Notes under the pieces: generated by a model | What the model saw: only the letters and a program-made list of their open reading frames with translations | What the model was told of the DNA's origin: nothing | The model's database searches: none | Translations under genes and position numbers: made by a program | Assembly: GCA_044229845.1 (NCBI GenBank) | Contig: JBGASG010000002.1 | Coordinates: forward strand, 256,001-320,000 | Length of the DNA stretch: 64,000 nt | Source of the DNA: Candidatus Obscuribacteraceae bacterium | GTDB lineage: Bacteria; Cyanobacteriota; Vampirovibrionia; Obscuribacterales; Obscuribacteraceae | Direction of reading: 5' to 3' | Shown: positions 19,324 to 28,910 of the stretch, piece by piece | Layout of the letters: each line of letters starts with the position of its first letter | How positions within the stretch are numbered: position 1 is the stretch's first letter

Positions 19324-19872
19324 ATGGGACTGGACACCGTTGAACTGGTAATGGCTATCGAACAAGAATTCGGCATCGAGATTCCCGACCCAGATGCCGA
19401 ACGAATGATCACCGTAGGCGATGTGTACGAATACCTGAAGACCAGGTTGAAGAGCGAACCCGTCGAAGGCTGCCTACGCCAACGCATCTTCTATAAACTG
19501 CGTCGCGCCGTAATTGAGAACTACAACCTTCCCCGAGAGGCGTTGTCACCCGACACGTGTTTGAGCGAAATCATGTATTTCAAACATGTCGAGGAAGGGT
19601 GGCCGTTTCTTCAAATGTTCATCGACTTGAGGATTCCGCAATTTCAGTCGAGGGACGAATTTCTGGGCTGGCACGTTTCCGACAAGACGCTCAAGTTGCG
19701 CGACATTGTGGATCAGTTGGTTTCACTAAATAAGGATCAGCTGGGCGCGGCAGCAAACAGTGACGAATCAATTTGGCAACGCCTCGTCACTGTAACCGTC
19801 AATCAGTTGAACGTGACGCGCGACCAGGTGATACCATCCGCATCCTTCACCCGGGATCTCGGCGCAGATTAG
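19324..19872 (+). CDS. Circularly permuted acyl-carrier-protein-like protein
   Basis: N-terminus [20 protein letters not shown] matches ACP helix II onward; C-terminus ...QLNV...[11 protein letters not shown] matches ACP helix I and loop. Confidence 0.85.
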   Translation: MGLDTVELVMAIEQEFGIEIPDPDAERMITVGDVYEYLKTRLKSEPVEGCLRQRIFYKLRRAVIENYNLPREALSPDTCLSEIMYFKHVEEGWPFLQMFIDLRIPQFQSRDEFLGWHVSDKTLKLRDIVDQLVSLNKDQLGAAANSDESIWQRLVTVTVNQLNVTRDQVIPSASFTRDLGAD

Positions 19873-20179
19873 CCGAACGCCAGGTCCGAACTGACACAAA
19901 GCCAGCCGAACCCAGGTTCAGCTAAACATCAGGTCCCCACTAAATCGAGCAGTCAAACATCACCAGACAGCGAGCATTGCGCTCGTTGCTCCTGGTTCAA
20001 TTTGATGCACGCCGTGTGTATCTATATCTACACCGCACGTCGAGATTCTGGACGGTCCCAATCATTATTTTTGGGGTACTTGTCAAGAGCTTGCGATTGG
20101 TCACGTTTGTGGTCAGGTTGGCGTGCGCGGGCGCCCAAATTCGGGGGCGCTGCGAGATAATGTGAGGCGAGGTGATAAC

Positions 20180-20851
20180 ATGAGCGCCAGCACACAACTG
20201 AGTGCGGAAACGATTGCCATGGCCGACGAGCTATGCGACATCGGCGCAACTTTCTATGGGAAGAACTGGTCGCTGGCGACCAGCAGCAACTATAGTTCCG
20301 TCGTCGCGCGACAACCGCTCGCGCTTCTGATGACAGCCAGCGGCATGCACAAAGGCAATCTGTCGCGTCGCGACTTCGTCATCGTTGACGATCAATGTCG
20401 AATCGTGTCGGCGCTTGATCGAGGCGCATCCACTGCACATCAAGCAAGCGCAGACGCGTTGAAGCCTTCCGCCGAAGCCGCCTTGCACGTGCAGATAGCG
20501 CGGCTCACCGGCGCCGGATCGATACTGCACACGCACTCGATGTTTGGCACACTGGTTTCGCAGAAGTTGGTGTCGGCAGGACAACTGAAGATACGCGGAC
20601 TCGAGATGCTCAAAGCCCTGCCTGGAATCACAACGCACGACACGGAAATCGCGGTGCCGATCTTCGAAAATACGCAGGACATCAAGGGACTCGCGGATCG
20701 ACTGACGAAGGAAACACTCACCGCGTCCTCAGGATTTCTCATTGCCGGGCACGGGCTGTACACGTGGGGCACCACCATTCAGGATGCGCGTCGGCATGTC
20801 GAGGCGCTCGAGTTCTTGATTGAGTATGTCTGGCATCGGGGAGAGTTTTGA
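20180..20851 (+). CDS. mtnB: Methylthioribulose-1-phosphate dehydratase
   Basis: Class II aldolase motifs TSSNYS, KPSAEAALH, HTHS, GHGLYTWG; GAGGTG RBS; mtn cluster context. Confidence 0.93.
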   Translation: MSASTQLSAETIAMADELCDIGATFYGKNWSLATSSNYSSVVARQPLALLMTASGMHKGNLSRRDFVIVDDQCRIVSALDRGASTAHQASADALKPSAEAALHVQIARLTGAGSILHTHSMFGTLVSQKLVSAGQLKIRGLEMLKALPGITTHDTEIAVPIFENTQDIKGLADRLTKETLTASSGFLIAGHGLYTWGTTIQDARRHVEALEFLIEYVWHRGEF

Positions 20852-20852
20852 A

Positions 20853-21434
20853 GTGGCGCGCGTACATATTCCTGCATCCGCAATGACGATTGAAGACAGC
20901 GAAGCAATCGCGGAATTCCTGGCGCCGCATCACATCACATACGAGTTCTGGCCTGTAGCGGGGCGACTGACTGATGGTGCCACAGATGCGCAAATACTCG
21001 ACGAGTACGCATCCGAAATCGAAACTTTGAAGAAACGCGGCGGCTACGTCACAGCCGACGTCATCAACGTGACACCAGAAACACCCGGTCTGGACGCCAT
21101 GCTCGATAAGTTCAACAAAGAGCACACGCACAGTGAAGACGAGGTTCGCTTCGTGGTGGCCGGTTCAGGCATTTTCCACATTCACAGCGGCACAGACGGG
21201 ACTGTCTTCTCCATTGAAATGATGTCCGGCGATTTGATCAACGTTCCGGCCGGCACGCGTCACTGGTTTAACCTCTGCAAAGAAAAAGCCATCAAGACAA
21301 TCCGCCTGTTTCAGGAGACAACTGGCTGGAGTCCTCAATATGTCGACGCACCGGTGCACGGAAGCTACGAACCGCTGTGTTTCGGTCCAACCTACTCGCC
21401 AATCCGGCGCGCCTCATCGGTGATCAATCCCTGA
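20853..21434 (+). CDS. mtnD: Acireductone dioxygenase
   Basis: EHTHSEDEVRF...G.GIF...VPAGTRHWF cupin motif; GTG start just after the mtnB stop. Confidence 0.93.
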   Translation: MARVHIPASAMTIEDSEAIAEFLAPHHITYEFWPVAGRLTDGATDAQILDEYASEIETLKKRGGYVTADVINVTPETPGLDAMLDKFNKEHTHSEDEVRFVVAGSGIFHIHSGTDGTVFSIEMMSGDLINVPAGTRHWFNLCKEKAIKTIRLFQETTGWSPQYVDAPVHGSYEPLCFGPTYSPIRRASSVINP

Positions 21435-21435
21435 A

Positions 21436-22176
21436 ATGCTACACTTCGCGGTTGACTTAGTTCTGCTCGACATAGAAGGCACAACGTCGCCTGTAGACTT
21501 TGTCTACCGCATTCTGTTTCCGTTCGCGCGCAAGCGGATGGACGAGTTCCTGCGCGCAACTCGCAACGAGCCGACAACTCGCGACGCCTGCAAACAGCTA
21601 GCGCGCGACATAGATCGCGTCGACCTCGTTGAACAAATCGACTCATCTATCGATCAGGCGTTGCCGGAACTAACCAAAGAAGCACTGGCGCTCATGGACG
21701 TAGATTCCAAAACAACCGGGCTGAAGGAAATTCAGGGTCTAATCTGGAAGCAAGGCTACACGTCCGGCGCATTGCGTTCGCAACTATTTTCAGATGTGCC
21801 ATCCGCATTGCAGAGATGGACTGATGACGGACTGAAGGTAGCCATCTACTCCTCAGGCAGCAGCACCGCACAAGAGGTCTTCTTCCAACACACTGAATTT
21901 GGAGACCTGACGAAGTTCCTGGTCGGCTTTTACGACACCACATTTGGTGCCAAGCGTGAAACAGAGAGCTACAAAGCCATAGCCCGTCACCTGCAAATCG
22001 ACACAGAACACATCCTCTTCGTCAGCGACGTAGGCGCGGAACTGCAGGCAGCCAGGCAAAGCGGCATGTCCACAGTCCTTTGCATCCGCTCAGGCTACAA
22101 ACCAAGTGAAGGCGATGACCAATTCGCTCCTGTCAACTCGTTCGATGAAATGCGAATTCGCAAAGTCACCACCTGA
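21436..22176 (+). CDS. mtnC: Enolase-phosphatase E1 (acireductone synthase)
   Basis: DIEGTT, LKEIQGLIW, IYSSGS, LFVSD HAD motifs. Confidence 0.93.
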   Translation: MLHFAVDLVLLDIEGTTSPVDFVYRILFPFARKRMDEFLRATRNEPTTRDACKQLARDIDRVDLVEQIDSSIDQALPELTKEALALMDVDSKTTGLKEIQGLIWKQGYTSGALRSQLFSDVPSALQRWTDDGLKVAIYSSGSSTAQEVFFQHTEFGDLTKFLVGFYDTTFGAKRETESYKAIARHLQIDTEHILFVSDVGAELQAARQSGMSTVLCIRSGYKPSEGDDQFAPVNSFDEMRIRKVTT

Positions 22177-22200
22177 TCTCAAGCACCCCTTTTTATAAAA

Positions 22201-22320
22201 CCCAAAGCGATATCGTTTGACGTTGGCGCCCCAAGCTGAAGTGATATCACTTTAGTTTGGACAAGGCGCGGCCCATGGAATGGGCGTTTCGGGGAATTGC
22301 TCAAGCGATATCGTTTGAGT
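22201..22320. repeat. GATATC-core palindromic repeat, 3 copies
   Basis: Cores at 22209, 22243 and 22307. Confidence 0.85.
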
Positions 22321-22346
22321 TTTGAGGTCGATTCGGGATACGATGG

Positions 22347-22430
22347 TCTTTTTACCCGGATAAAAAGATGAGTCCAAGGACTTTTACCCGGGTAAAAGTA
22401 TGCTACCATGGCCTTTTACCCGGGTAAAAG
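22347..22430 (+). promoter_or_regulatory. Three TTTTACCCGGGTAAAA palindromes around an extended -10 promoter
   Basis: Copies at 22347-22368, 22380-22399 and 22413-22430, centres 32 bp apart; TGcTACCAT at 22401-22409. Confidence 0.85.
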
Positions 22431-22470
22431 TCGGGCATGAGAAGAGCTAGTCTGAAAACAGGAGTCCGCT

Positions 22471-23130
22471 ATGAACCACATGCTTCGAGATAGGCACTGC
22501 ACGGCGTTTGCTGGTTCAAGGTGCATCGCGAGCGGTCGACTGGAGGAGGTCGTCCGGGTGACCAAGGAAGCAATCGATGCCAACGATCCCGATCCTATAT
22601 ATATCTTCGACGACGATAGCGAACTGGTTGAGATCGATTTCCGAGGTTCGGTCAGCGCCGTTGTCAATCGAATCCGTAAAGCGGCCGCGGCTATAGAACA
22701 AGAGAACACCGGAGGAGCGGCGGATACGAAGGACGGCAAATCAGGGACAAGCAAACGCAAGTCCGGTTCAGCCGTCGAGAGCGAGAGCAGCAGCGGGCTG
22801 GGACGCCCAAAGCTGGGAGTAGTGGCACGCGAGGTGACGCTGTTACCGCGACATTGGGAGTGGCTTAACAGCCAACCGGGCGGAGCATCGGTGACATTGC
22901 GAAAACTGGTTGAACAGGCTCGCAAAGCCAATGATGGCGGGAATGAACTCAGGAAAGCGCGCGAAGTGACCTACAAATTCATGTCTGCTATGGCAGGAAA
23001 CGAACGCGGCTTCGAGGAAGCGACGAGAGCTCTGTTCGCCGGCGACCAGGGCGGCTTCAATCAGCACATGGAGAAGTGGCCCAAGGACATTCGCCATCAC
23101 GCGCAGAAGCTCGCGTCCACATGCTTCTAA
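22471..23130 (+). CDS. DUF2239 family protein
   Basis: GRPKLGVVAREVTLLPRHWEWL..QPGGASVTLRKLV and FMSAMAGN..GFEEATRALF signatures; AGGAG RBS. Confidence 0.88.
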   Translation: MNHMLRDRHCTAFAGSRCIASGRLEEVVRVTKEAIDANDPDPIYIFDDDSELVEIDFRGSVSAVVNRIRKAAAAIEQENTGGAADTKDGKSGTSKRKSGSAVESESSSGLGRPKLGVVAREVTLLPRHWEWLNSQPGGASVTLRKLVEQARKANDGGNELRKAREVTYKFMSAMAGNERGFEEATRALFAGDQGGFNQHMEKWPKDIRHHAQKLASTCF

Positions 23131-23189
23131 GCAATGTCGCGTGCGTCAGGTAGAATGAAATCTGTGGGACTCGATTCGTTGGATATGCC

Positions 23190-23840
23190 ATGAAGAAACT
23201 GCTGGTCTGGAGCTTGCTGCCCGCGTTCACTATTGTCTTGTACTCAGGACAGTCGGAAGCGGCGCCGGGCGCCCAAGCTGATCCGGGCGCCAAAGCTGAT
23301 CCGAACGCCAAGGCGGTTGCGAGCACCAAGGACGCGAAGGGCGTGAAGGCCGCGAAGGAAGTCGCTCCGCAGAAACTCGAACGTGCCTTTTTCGCGCTCG
23401 GCTGTTTCTGGAAATCGCAACACGTGTTCAGTAAGGTACCAGGGGTGGTGCGCACACGAGTTGGTTATTCCGGCGGCAAGCCGGCTAATCCGTCATACGA
23501 ACAGGTGTGCACGCACACAACCGGACACGCGGAAGTGGTAGAGGTAGAGTTCGATCCGAAGAAGGTCAGCTACGAACAACTATTGAAGGTGTTCTGGAGC
23601 AATCACGATCCGACAACGTTGAATCGCCAGGGCGTGGACATTGGTGATCAATATCGTTCGGCAGTTTTCTACACTACTCCAGAACAGCTGCTCGAAGCCA
23701 TCAAGGTGCGGAAGGAACTGACGGATGCGCACAAATATATGCGCCCGATTGTCACCGACATCAAGCCAGCCGGACCGTTTTATCCGGCGGAAGATTATCA
23801 TCAGGACTATTTCAAGAAACACGGAGCCGCCTGCTTCTAG
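23190..23840 (+). CDS. msrA: Peptide methionine sulfoxide reductase A, exported
   Basis: GCFW, GYSGG, YEQVC, GHAEVV, GDQYRS, AEDYHQDY; signal peptide. Confidence 0.93.
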   Translation: MKKLLVWSLLPAFTIVLYSGQSEAAPGAQADPGAKADPNAKAVASTKDAKGVKAAKEVAPQKLERAFFALGCFWKSQHVFSKVPGVVRTRVGYSGGKPANPSYEQVCTHTTGHAEVVEVEFDPKKVSYEQLLKVFWSNHDPTTLNRQGVDIGDQYRSAVFYTTPEQLLEAIKVRKELTDAHKYMRPIVTDIKPAGPFYPAEDYHQDYFKKHGAACF

Positions 23841-23868
23841 CGCGACGCGGTTGGCGCGACGCGGTGCG

Positions 23869-24711
23869 CTAAGGTATGACGACGCCGAATTTTTCGCGCA
23901 GGAAGATTTTGTAAGCGGCATCATCCAGCTCGTGCTGCTCGGTGCTGCCATCGGGAAATGTGCGCGTGAATCGGCGATCCATTAGTTCCATTTTGCCGTC
24001 CGGCTGATCCATCACGATCAACGGGTGCTTGAGAAATGGCGACTCGGGGGACGTTGTGTGGTACCTGCACATCCCGAGAAAGTCATTGTACTGGCGCGGT
24101 ACCAACTTGAATCGATAGGCGGGGCGCCAGTCCTCAAGATATTTGCGTCGCATCAAGATGACGTAATCATCTTCATCGATGAACTTGTAGGATTCCACTT
24201 CTTGTTCTTGTTTCTCGCGACTGTCGAGCAACAATGGATGGCGAAATCCGATTCCAAAGCCAACATCAGCGAGCCAGCGCTGTTCGAGTTCCACCAGCAA
24301 GGTCAAGTGATCGAATTCGGGTCCATAGCTCTCGTCGCTTTTGTGTTTGACGCCGGCGGAGAGCAACGTCACCTGGTAACCCAGCTCTTTGAGCAAACGG
24401 CTGAACAAACCATTTAGCTCGTAGCAGAAGCCACCGCGCCGCTGCTCGACTATTTTGCGATAGAGTTGCTCGGGTTCCAGGCTTATGGCCAGATTGTTGT
24501 GGATGTTGAGATTCTCGAACGGAACAGAGAATAGATGCGCCTGGTGCAGTGCATCTAGAGTCTCGGCTGTCGGCTCGAGCGATCCTATATATGAGATGCG
24601 GTCGAGGTATCGCTCCACGTCGAGCGCCGGTACGGATGACTCGGGTGATACGGATGACTCGGAGTCCGGCTTCGCACCGGAAGCCCGCCTGCGATCATTC
24701 GTTTCAGACAT
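23869..24711 (-). CDS. Arylamine N-acetyltransferase family protein
   Basis: VPFENL, RRGGFCYELN (Cys), FDH (His), ADVGFG (Asp). Confidence 0.93.
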   Translation of the reverse strand: MSETNDRRRASGAKPDSESSVSPESSVPALDVERYLDRISYIGSLEPTAETLDALHQAHLFSVPFENLNIHNNLAISLEPEQLYRKIVEQRRGGFCYELNGLFSRLLKELGYQVTLLSAGVKHKSDESYGPEFDHLTLLVELEQRWLADVGFGIGFRHPLLLDSREKQEQEVESYKFIDEDDYVILMRRKYLEDWRPAYRFKLVPRQYNDFLGMCRYHTTSPESPFLKHPLIVMDQPDGKMELMDRRFTRTFPDGSTEQHELDDAAYKIFLREKFGVVIP

Positions 24712-25327
24712 GGCGATGCCCCGCGCTCACCATCCCCGGTGCGGAGAAGCCAATCAACAGATCCACGACTTCGTCCACTTGCCAGGTCTGAGTGTTCGAG
24801 TAACGTCGGCGAATATTCTTGCCGCGCGTTAGAAACGTGACGATGATGCTGAGCATAAATTCAAAACGCCATTCGTAGTCGGCGTCGCTTCGGTTGGGAA
24901 TCACTTTGCGAAACGCTGCGATAAACTCATGGCGGCAGCCCGCATAATGCTTGTCGACCATCGAGAATACCGGCTCCGGCTCACTGTGACAGCGCCCCAG
25001 GAACTGCGACAGCACCTCACCTTTAGCGCCCATCTTCTTAATCAGCGCCACCGGGGGCTCATAGAACGCGCGCAGCACATCCTCGATTTTCACTCCACGG
25101 CGTTGCATCTCGGCGCGCAGCCGAGCCAGCTGTTGTTCGACAACGGGCGCGGCGAAACGTTCCGTCACGGCAGCGAACAAATCTTCCTTGGATCCAAAAT
25201 GATAGGCAACCGCCGCCACATTTACCTGGGCATCTTTAATGATGCCGCGCAAGGACGTTCCCTCATAGCCGAACTGAGCAAAGTGCTCTTCGGCAACATT
25301 CATTATCTGGGTGCGAGTATCGGTCAT
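24704..25327 (-). CDS. TetR family regulator
   Basis: HTH: FAQFGYEGTSLRGIIKDAQVNVAAVAYHFGSKEDL. Confidence 0.92.
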   Translation of the reverse strand: MTDTRTQIMNVAEEHFAQFGYEGTSLRGIIKDAQVNVAAVAYHFGSKEDLFAAVTERFAAPVVEQQLARLRAEMQRRGVKIEDVLRAFYEPPVALIKKMGAKGEVLSQFLGRCHSEPEPVFSMVDKHYAGCRHEFIAAFRKVIPNRSDADYEWRFEFMLSIIVTFLTRGKNIRRRYSNTQTWQVDEVVDLLIGFSAPGMVSAGHRHV

Positions 25328-25355
25328 CGCTACCTTTATAGGGGTCAGCACTAGT

Positions 25356-25402
25356 TTGACACACTTTTTGTTCAACTGTATGATTCAATCACTTGATTGA
25401 AT
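25356..25402 (+). promoter_or_regulatory. Sigma70 promoter plus palindromic TetR operator for the O-methyltransferase gene
   Basis: TTGACA(25356-25361)-17 bp-TATGAT(25379-25384); ATTCAATCActTGATTGAAT at 25383-25402. Confidence 0.8.
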
Positions 25403-25420
25403 TCCATAAGTGAGGCGGTT

Positions 25421-26563
25421 ATGACGACACCAGTTACAGCCGCGGCAGGCGCACGCGAAGACGCCGGCCGCATCTTGGACTCCAGCGACGCCGGCGTGGG
25501 CGCGCGGTACAAACTAAACGACATTTATTGTGCCGCCTGGCTCAGCCACGCGGTGAGCGCGGTGGTCGAACATCGGGTTCCGGACTTTCTGCCCGCCGAA
25601 GGAAAGGTTCACTACAGCGAAATTGCCGCCCGCGCCAATTTGCACGGGCCGGCACTCTATCGCGTCTTGCGCGCGCTGTCGGCCAACGGAATTTTTTCCG
25701 CGGACGGCTGCTGCGGCGAGAGCTTCGCGCACAATCCGGTTTCGCTCTTGCTGCGCACCGACCACCCCCAGAGCTGGAGCGGCATGTCGCGCATGTGGGA
25801 CCATCCATCATGCCTGAATGCCTGGCTGCACCACCGACAAAGCCTCAAAGACGGCCGCTCCGGCATCGAACACGCCTTCGGCAAACCGCTCTACGCGCAC
25901 CTCGCCGATTACCCCGAGGTAACCAGAGCCTTCTCCGACGCCATGATCAGCAACTCGGCGCACGCCGCAGACGGCATCGCCCGCCAGTTTCCGTTTGCAG
26001 AATACTCTTCTGTTGTCGATCTGGGCGGCGGAGTCGGAACACTGCTCCTGCAAATACTTCGGCACCACCCGCATCTGCAGGGCACCCTGTTCGAGATTCC
26101 CGAACTGGAAGAATTGTCCAGACAAAACATCGAGGCACACCATCTCGAGTCACGCTGCCGATTTGTGCGCGGCGACTGGTTCAGCTACGTGCCGCAGGGT
26201 GCAGACCTGTACATGGTCAAAAACTCACTCTGGAACTGGAATGACGAGCAGTGCCTGACCATTATGCGCAACGTGCGCAGAGCTATGAGTACAAACGGCG
26301 CCGAAAACTGCGGCACAAGCGACGGCGCTCCGTCCGGCACCACCAGCAGTGGCAGACCGCCCGCCTTCATGATCATCGAATACGTGATCGACGACCTCAA
26401 TCAACGCTGGACGACACTCTACGATCTGCAAATCCTCAACATGCCCGGCGGTCGCGCACGCACTGCCGATGAATACCGGCGACTCCTGGAACAAGCCGGC
26501 TTCAGCTTGCAAAGTATGCATTATGTTGAGGACCAGACGCTGGTAATCGGAGTACCCGCCTGA
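25421..26563 (+). CDS. SAM-dependent O-methyltransferase (dimerisation domain + Methyltransf_2)
   Basis: VVDLGGGVG, GDWF..VP..ADLY, GGRART motifs. Confidence 0.9.
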   Translation: MTTPVTAAAGAREDAGRILDSSDAGVGARYKLNDIYCAAWLSHAVSAVVEHRVPDFLPAEGKVHYSEIAARANLHGPALYRVLRALSANGIFSADGCCGESFAHNPVSLLLRTDHPQSWSGMSRMWDHPSCLNAWLHHRQSLKDGRSGIEHAFGKPLYAHLADYPEVTRAFSDAMISNSAHAADGIARQFPFAEYSSVVDLGGGVGTLLLQILRHHPHLQGTLFEIPELEELSRQNIEAHHLESRCRFVRGDWFSYVPQGADLYMVKNSLWNWNDEQCLTIMRNVRRAMSTNGAENCGTSDGAPSGTTSSGRPPAFMIIEYVIDDLNQRWTTLYDLQILNMPGGRARTADEYRRLLEQAGFSLQSMHYVEDQTLVIGVPA

Positions 26564-26630
26564 TTTCCAGTATTCTAATTTCAGGCGGCTGCGCACTGGG
26601 CATAATGAGCATGAGCGAGAGGGCTAATTC

Positions 26631-27683
26631 ATGACATCGGGCGCAAACGACGACGACAACCGGAACTACCTGCCCGGTCAACCGGTGATGTGCCGGATTG
26701 AAAAAGAGCAGCCCGGCGGCTACGTCGTCACGGTACTCTCACCCGCGCCCGGGGAAGACGACGTCGGGCAAGTAGCCAAGCCCGGCTTCTTAGGAACCGA
26801 TCGCGCTCATACGCCAGGCGATATCATCATGGGTCAGTTCGTGTCAGCGACCCGCAAACAAATTCTGCTGTCCGAGCACGCAGCGGCGATTGCCAAGAGC
26901 GGCGCCTTCAAAGAAGTCCTCGACCCGGCACTGGCACGACTGTGCGGAGTCCAGAAATACAAGCTGTACACATACAAGGCAATCGGCAACAGCAGCCCGG
27001 TGCGTCTCAAGCGCGCGGTCGACCTGATTCCCAATGCCACCGATCCCAAAGATGTGATCCCCGTCGAAACCGGACGCCACGGCCCCGATGTTTTGATCGA
27101 GCGCCTCGAGTCCGAGCGTTACACCGGCGTCTTGCGCGTCAACTCGGAAGAGCGCATGAGCCGTGCCGCCATGCTGTTGTTCCAGGGACGCGTCGTCGGC
27201 TGCCACTACGCCTGCAAAGAATTGCCTTATCTCGTTTCTACAGAAGGCGCACTGCAGCTGGCTCTCGGCGATATCGGATTCACGCGCACCAGCGCCACTC
27301 TCTATCCGCTTCCCGAACCAGTCATACTTTCTCTGGCGGCACTTTTCCTCGGTCAACTCCAGGATCACGAGCACGACGAAAGAGCGGGCGCAGCCATGGG
27401 TAAACTTTGCAAAGATTTCGCGGAGCAGCATGCCACCGCCTGCATCGCCATCACCTGGCCGCCGACCGAAGATATGTGTTTTGTATTCATCCACGAAGGT
27501 CAGATTCACGGCAGTTTTCGCGTCGACGAACGGGCGATCACCGCCGACCCGGAGATCGTGTTTGAACTGCTCAAACACAACGGCGAGGCCTCGCTGCAAG
27601 CCAGTGTTCTGCCAAACGAAGTGCTGGGCAGACTGAACACAATCGGTTATGCCTTGCGCGAAGCCGCCCTGAAAGTTGATTGA
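26631..27683 (+). CDS. Hypothetical protein
   Basis: 350-aa ORF with protein-like composition; S1-like N-terminus is tentative. Confidence 0.75.
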   Translation: MTSGANDDDNRNYLPGQPVMCRIEKEQPGGYVVTVLSPAPGEDDVGQVAKPGFLGTDRAHTPGDIIMGQFVSATRKQILLSEHAAAIAKSGAFKEVLDPALARLCGVQKYKLYTYKAIGNSSPVRLKRAVDLIPNATDPKDVIPVETGRHGPDVLIERLESERYTGVLRVNSEERMSRAAMLLFQGRVVGCHYACKELPYLVSTEGALQLALGDIGFTRTSATLYPLPEPVILSLAALFLGQLQDHEHDERAGAAMGKLCKDFAEQHATACIAITWPPTEDMCFVFIHEGQIHGSFRVDERAITADPEIVFELLKHNGEASLQASVLPNEVLGRLNTIGYALREAALKVD

Positions 27684-27793
27684 TTCCCAGCCGACATGCA
27701 GGGATGCGCCGCACTTGTCACGCGATTAGGAAATTCCGATTGCTCTGTGGGTTGAAGCGCGTTATGCTTGATCCGTTGGGTCCTTCAGCTGTG

Positions 27794-28798
27794 ATGACTG
27801 TGCGAAAACTTGTCAGTTGCGGCTTCGCATTACTAACCATATTATTTGCGGCGAGCATCGGTCCGTCGTCGGCAGAGCCCGTCTGCAACGTCGACAGCGC
27901 CATCGGAGACAAGCTCCGGCTGCCCGTATACGAGTGGGTCGACACAACGGTGCAACCGAAAGGCATCGTGGTGGCGGTGCACGGACTGACATTCTATGCA
28001 GCCGCATACGACAAACTGGCACGGCACCTGGCCGCCAACGGATATGCAGTTTATGCAGCCGACTTGCGCGGGTTCGGCAGATGGAAAACCGAAGCGAAGA
28101 AGTTCGGCGGCGACGATCAAATTCACTTCACGCAGAGCAAAGAAGATCTGCTGCGCATCGTCACGCAGTTGCGCATTCAACATCCGGAGCAGCAAATCAT
28201 TTGCCTAGGCGAGAGCCTGGGCGCCAACTATGCACTGTGGGCACTCTCCGAAGAACAGGGACAGTTGTTTGATGCAGGCATCATTTTCGCACCGGGTGTG
28301 AAAACCCGCATTCACCCGCAGCCGCGCATGGCGATCGATTTTTTCCGCGGACTCAGACATCCCAACAAAAGACTGAACCTGGAACCATACATCACCCCTT
28401 ATCTCTCCAACGACAAACAACTGACGAACGCCTGCCTGGCGGATGCGAGCATCTGCCGCGACCTCAGCCCGGTTGAATTGATCAAGGCGCACATCACCAA
28501 TCGCCGCGCCATCGAACACGTCGAGCGCATTCCCGCCACCACTCCCATCATGCTGGTGGGCGGCGCCAACGATCAAGTCTTCAAAAGTGCAGCGCTGCCC
28601 GACTTCGCCAAACGCCTGGGTTCGCAGGACGTCAGCGTCACCACGTTATCGGGTAAGGGACACTTGCTGCTGGAGAACCAGGAAGTGGATGCGCGCATTC
28701 AGGACGCGCTGGATAACTGGCTGCAAACTCGCGAGCCCGATGTCCAGATGGCACGCGCCAACCCGCATCCCGCCCGGCTTTCAGCGCACTCGCAATAG
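27794..28798 (+). CDS. Exported alpha/beta hydrolase (lysophospholipase-like)
   Basis: VHGL, DLRGFG, GESLG nucleophile, GANDQV, KGHLL. Confidence 0.9.
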   Translation: MTVRKLVSCGFALLTILFAASIGPSSAEPVCNVDSAIGDKLRLPVYEWVDTTVQPKGIVVAVHGLTFYAAAYDKLARHLAANGYAVYAADLRGFGRWKTEAKKFGGDDQIHFTQSKEDLLRIVTQLRIQHPEQQIICLGESLGANYALWALSEEQGQLFDAGIIFAPGVKTRIHPQPRMAIDFFRGLRHPNKRLNLEPYITPYLSNDKQLTNACLADASICRDLSPVELIKAHITNRRAIEHVERIPATTPIMLVGGANDQVFKSAALPDFAKRLGSQDVSVTTLSGKGHLLLENQEVDARIQDALDNWLQTREPDVQMARANPHPARLSAHSQ

Positions 28799-28910
28799 TT
28801 GCATACAATATGTGGCGTTACAATTGCCGCCCCGTCGCTAGCGCATTGCTGAGCTACGTGCATAATGGATCTAAGGATCCGATTTTGCGGCCATGTGCTC
28901 ACGGGTTCCT

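Noticed and set aside
20080..20180. SAM riboswitch upstream of mtnB (CTTGTCAAGAG)
   Set aside because: Lacks the following SAM-I core elements (GAGGGA...GCCC, GCAACC, GTGC)
22380..22430. Noc-binding site or parS
   Set aside because: Differs from NBS (TATTTCCCGGGAAATA) and parS (TGTTTCACGTGAAACA), and is confined to one promoter, so a local operator is more plausible
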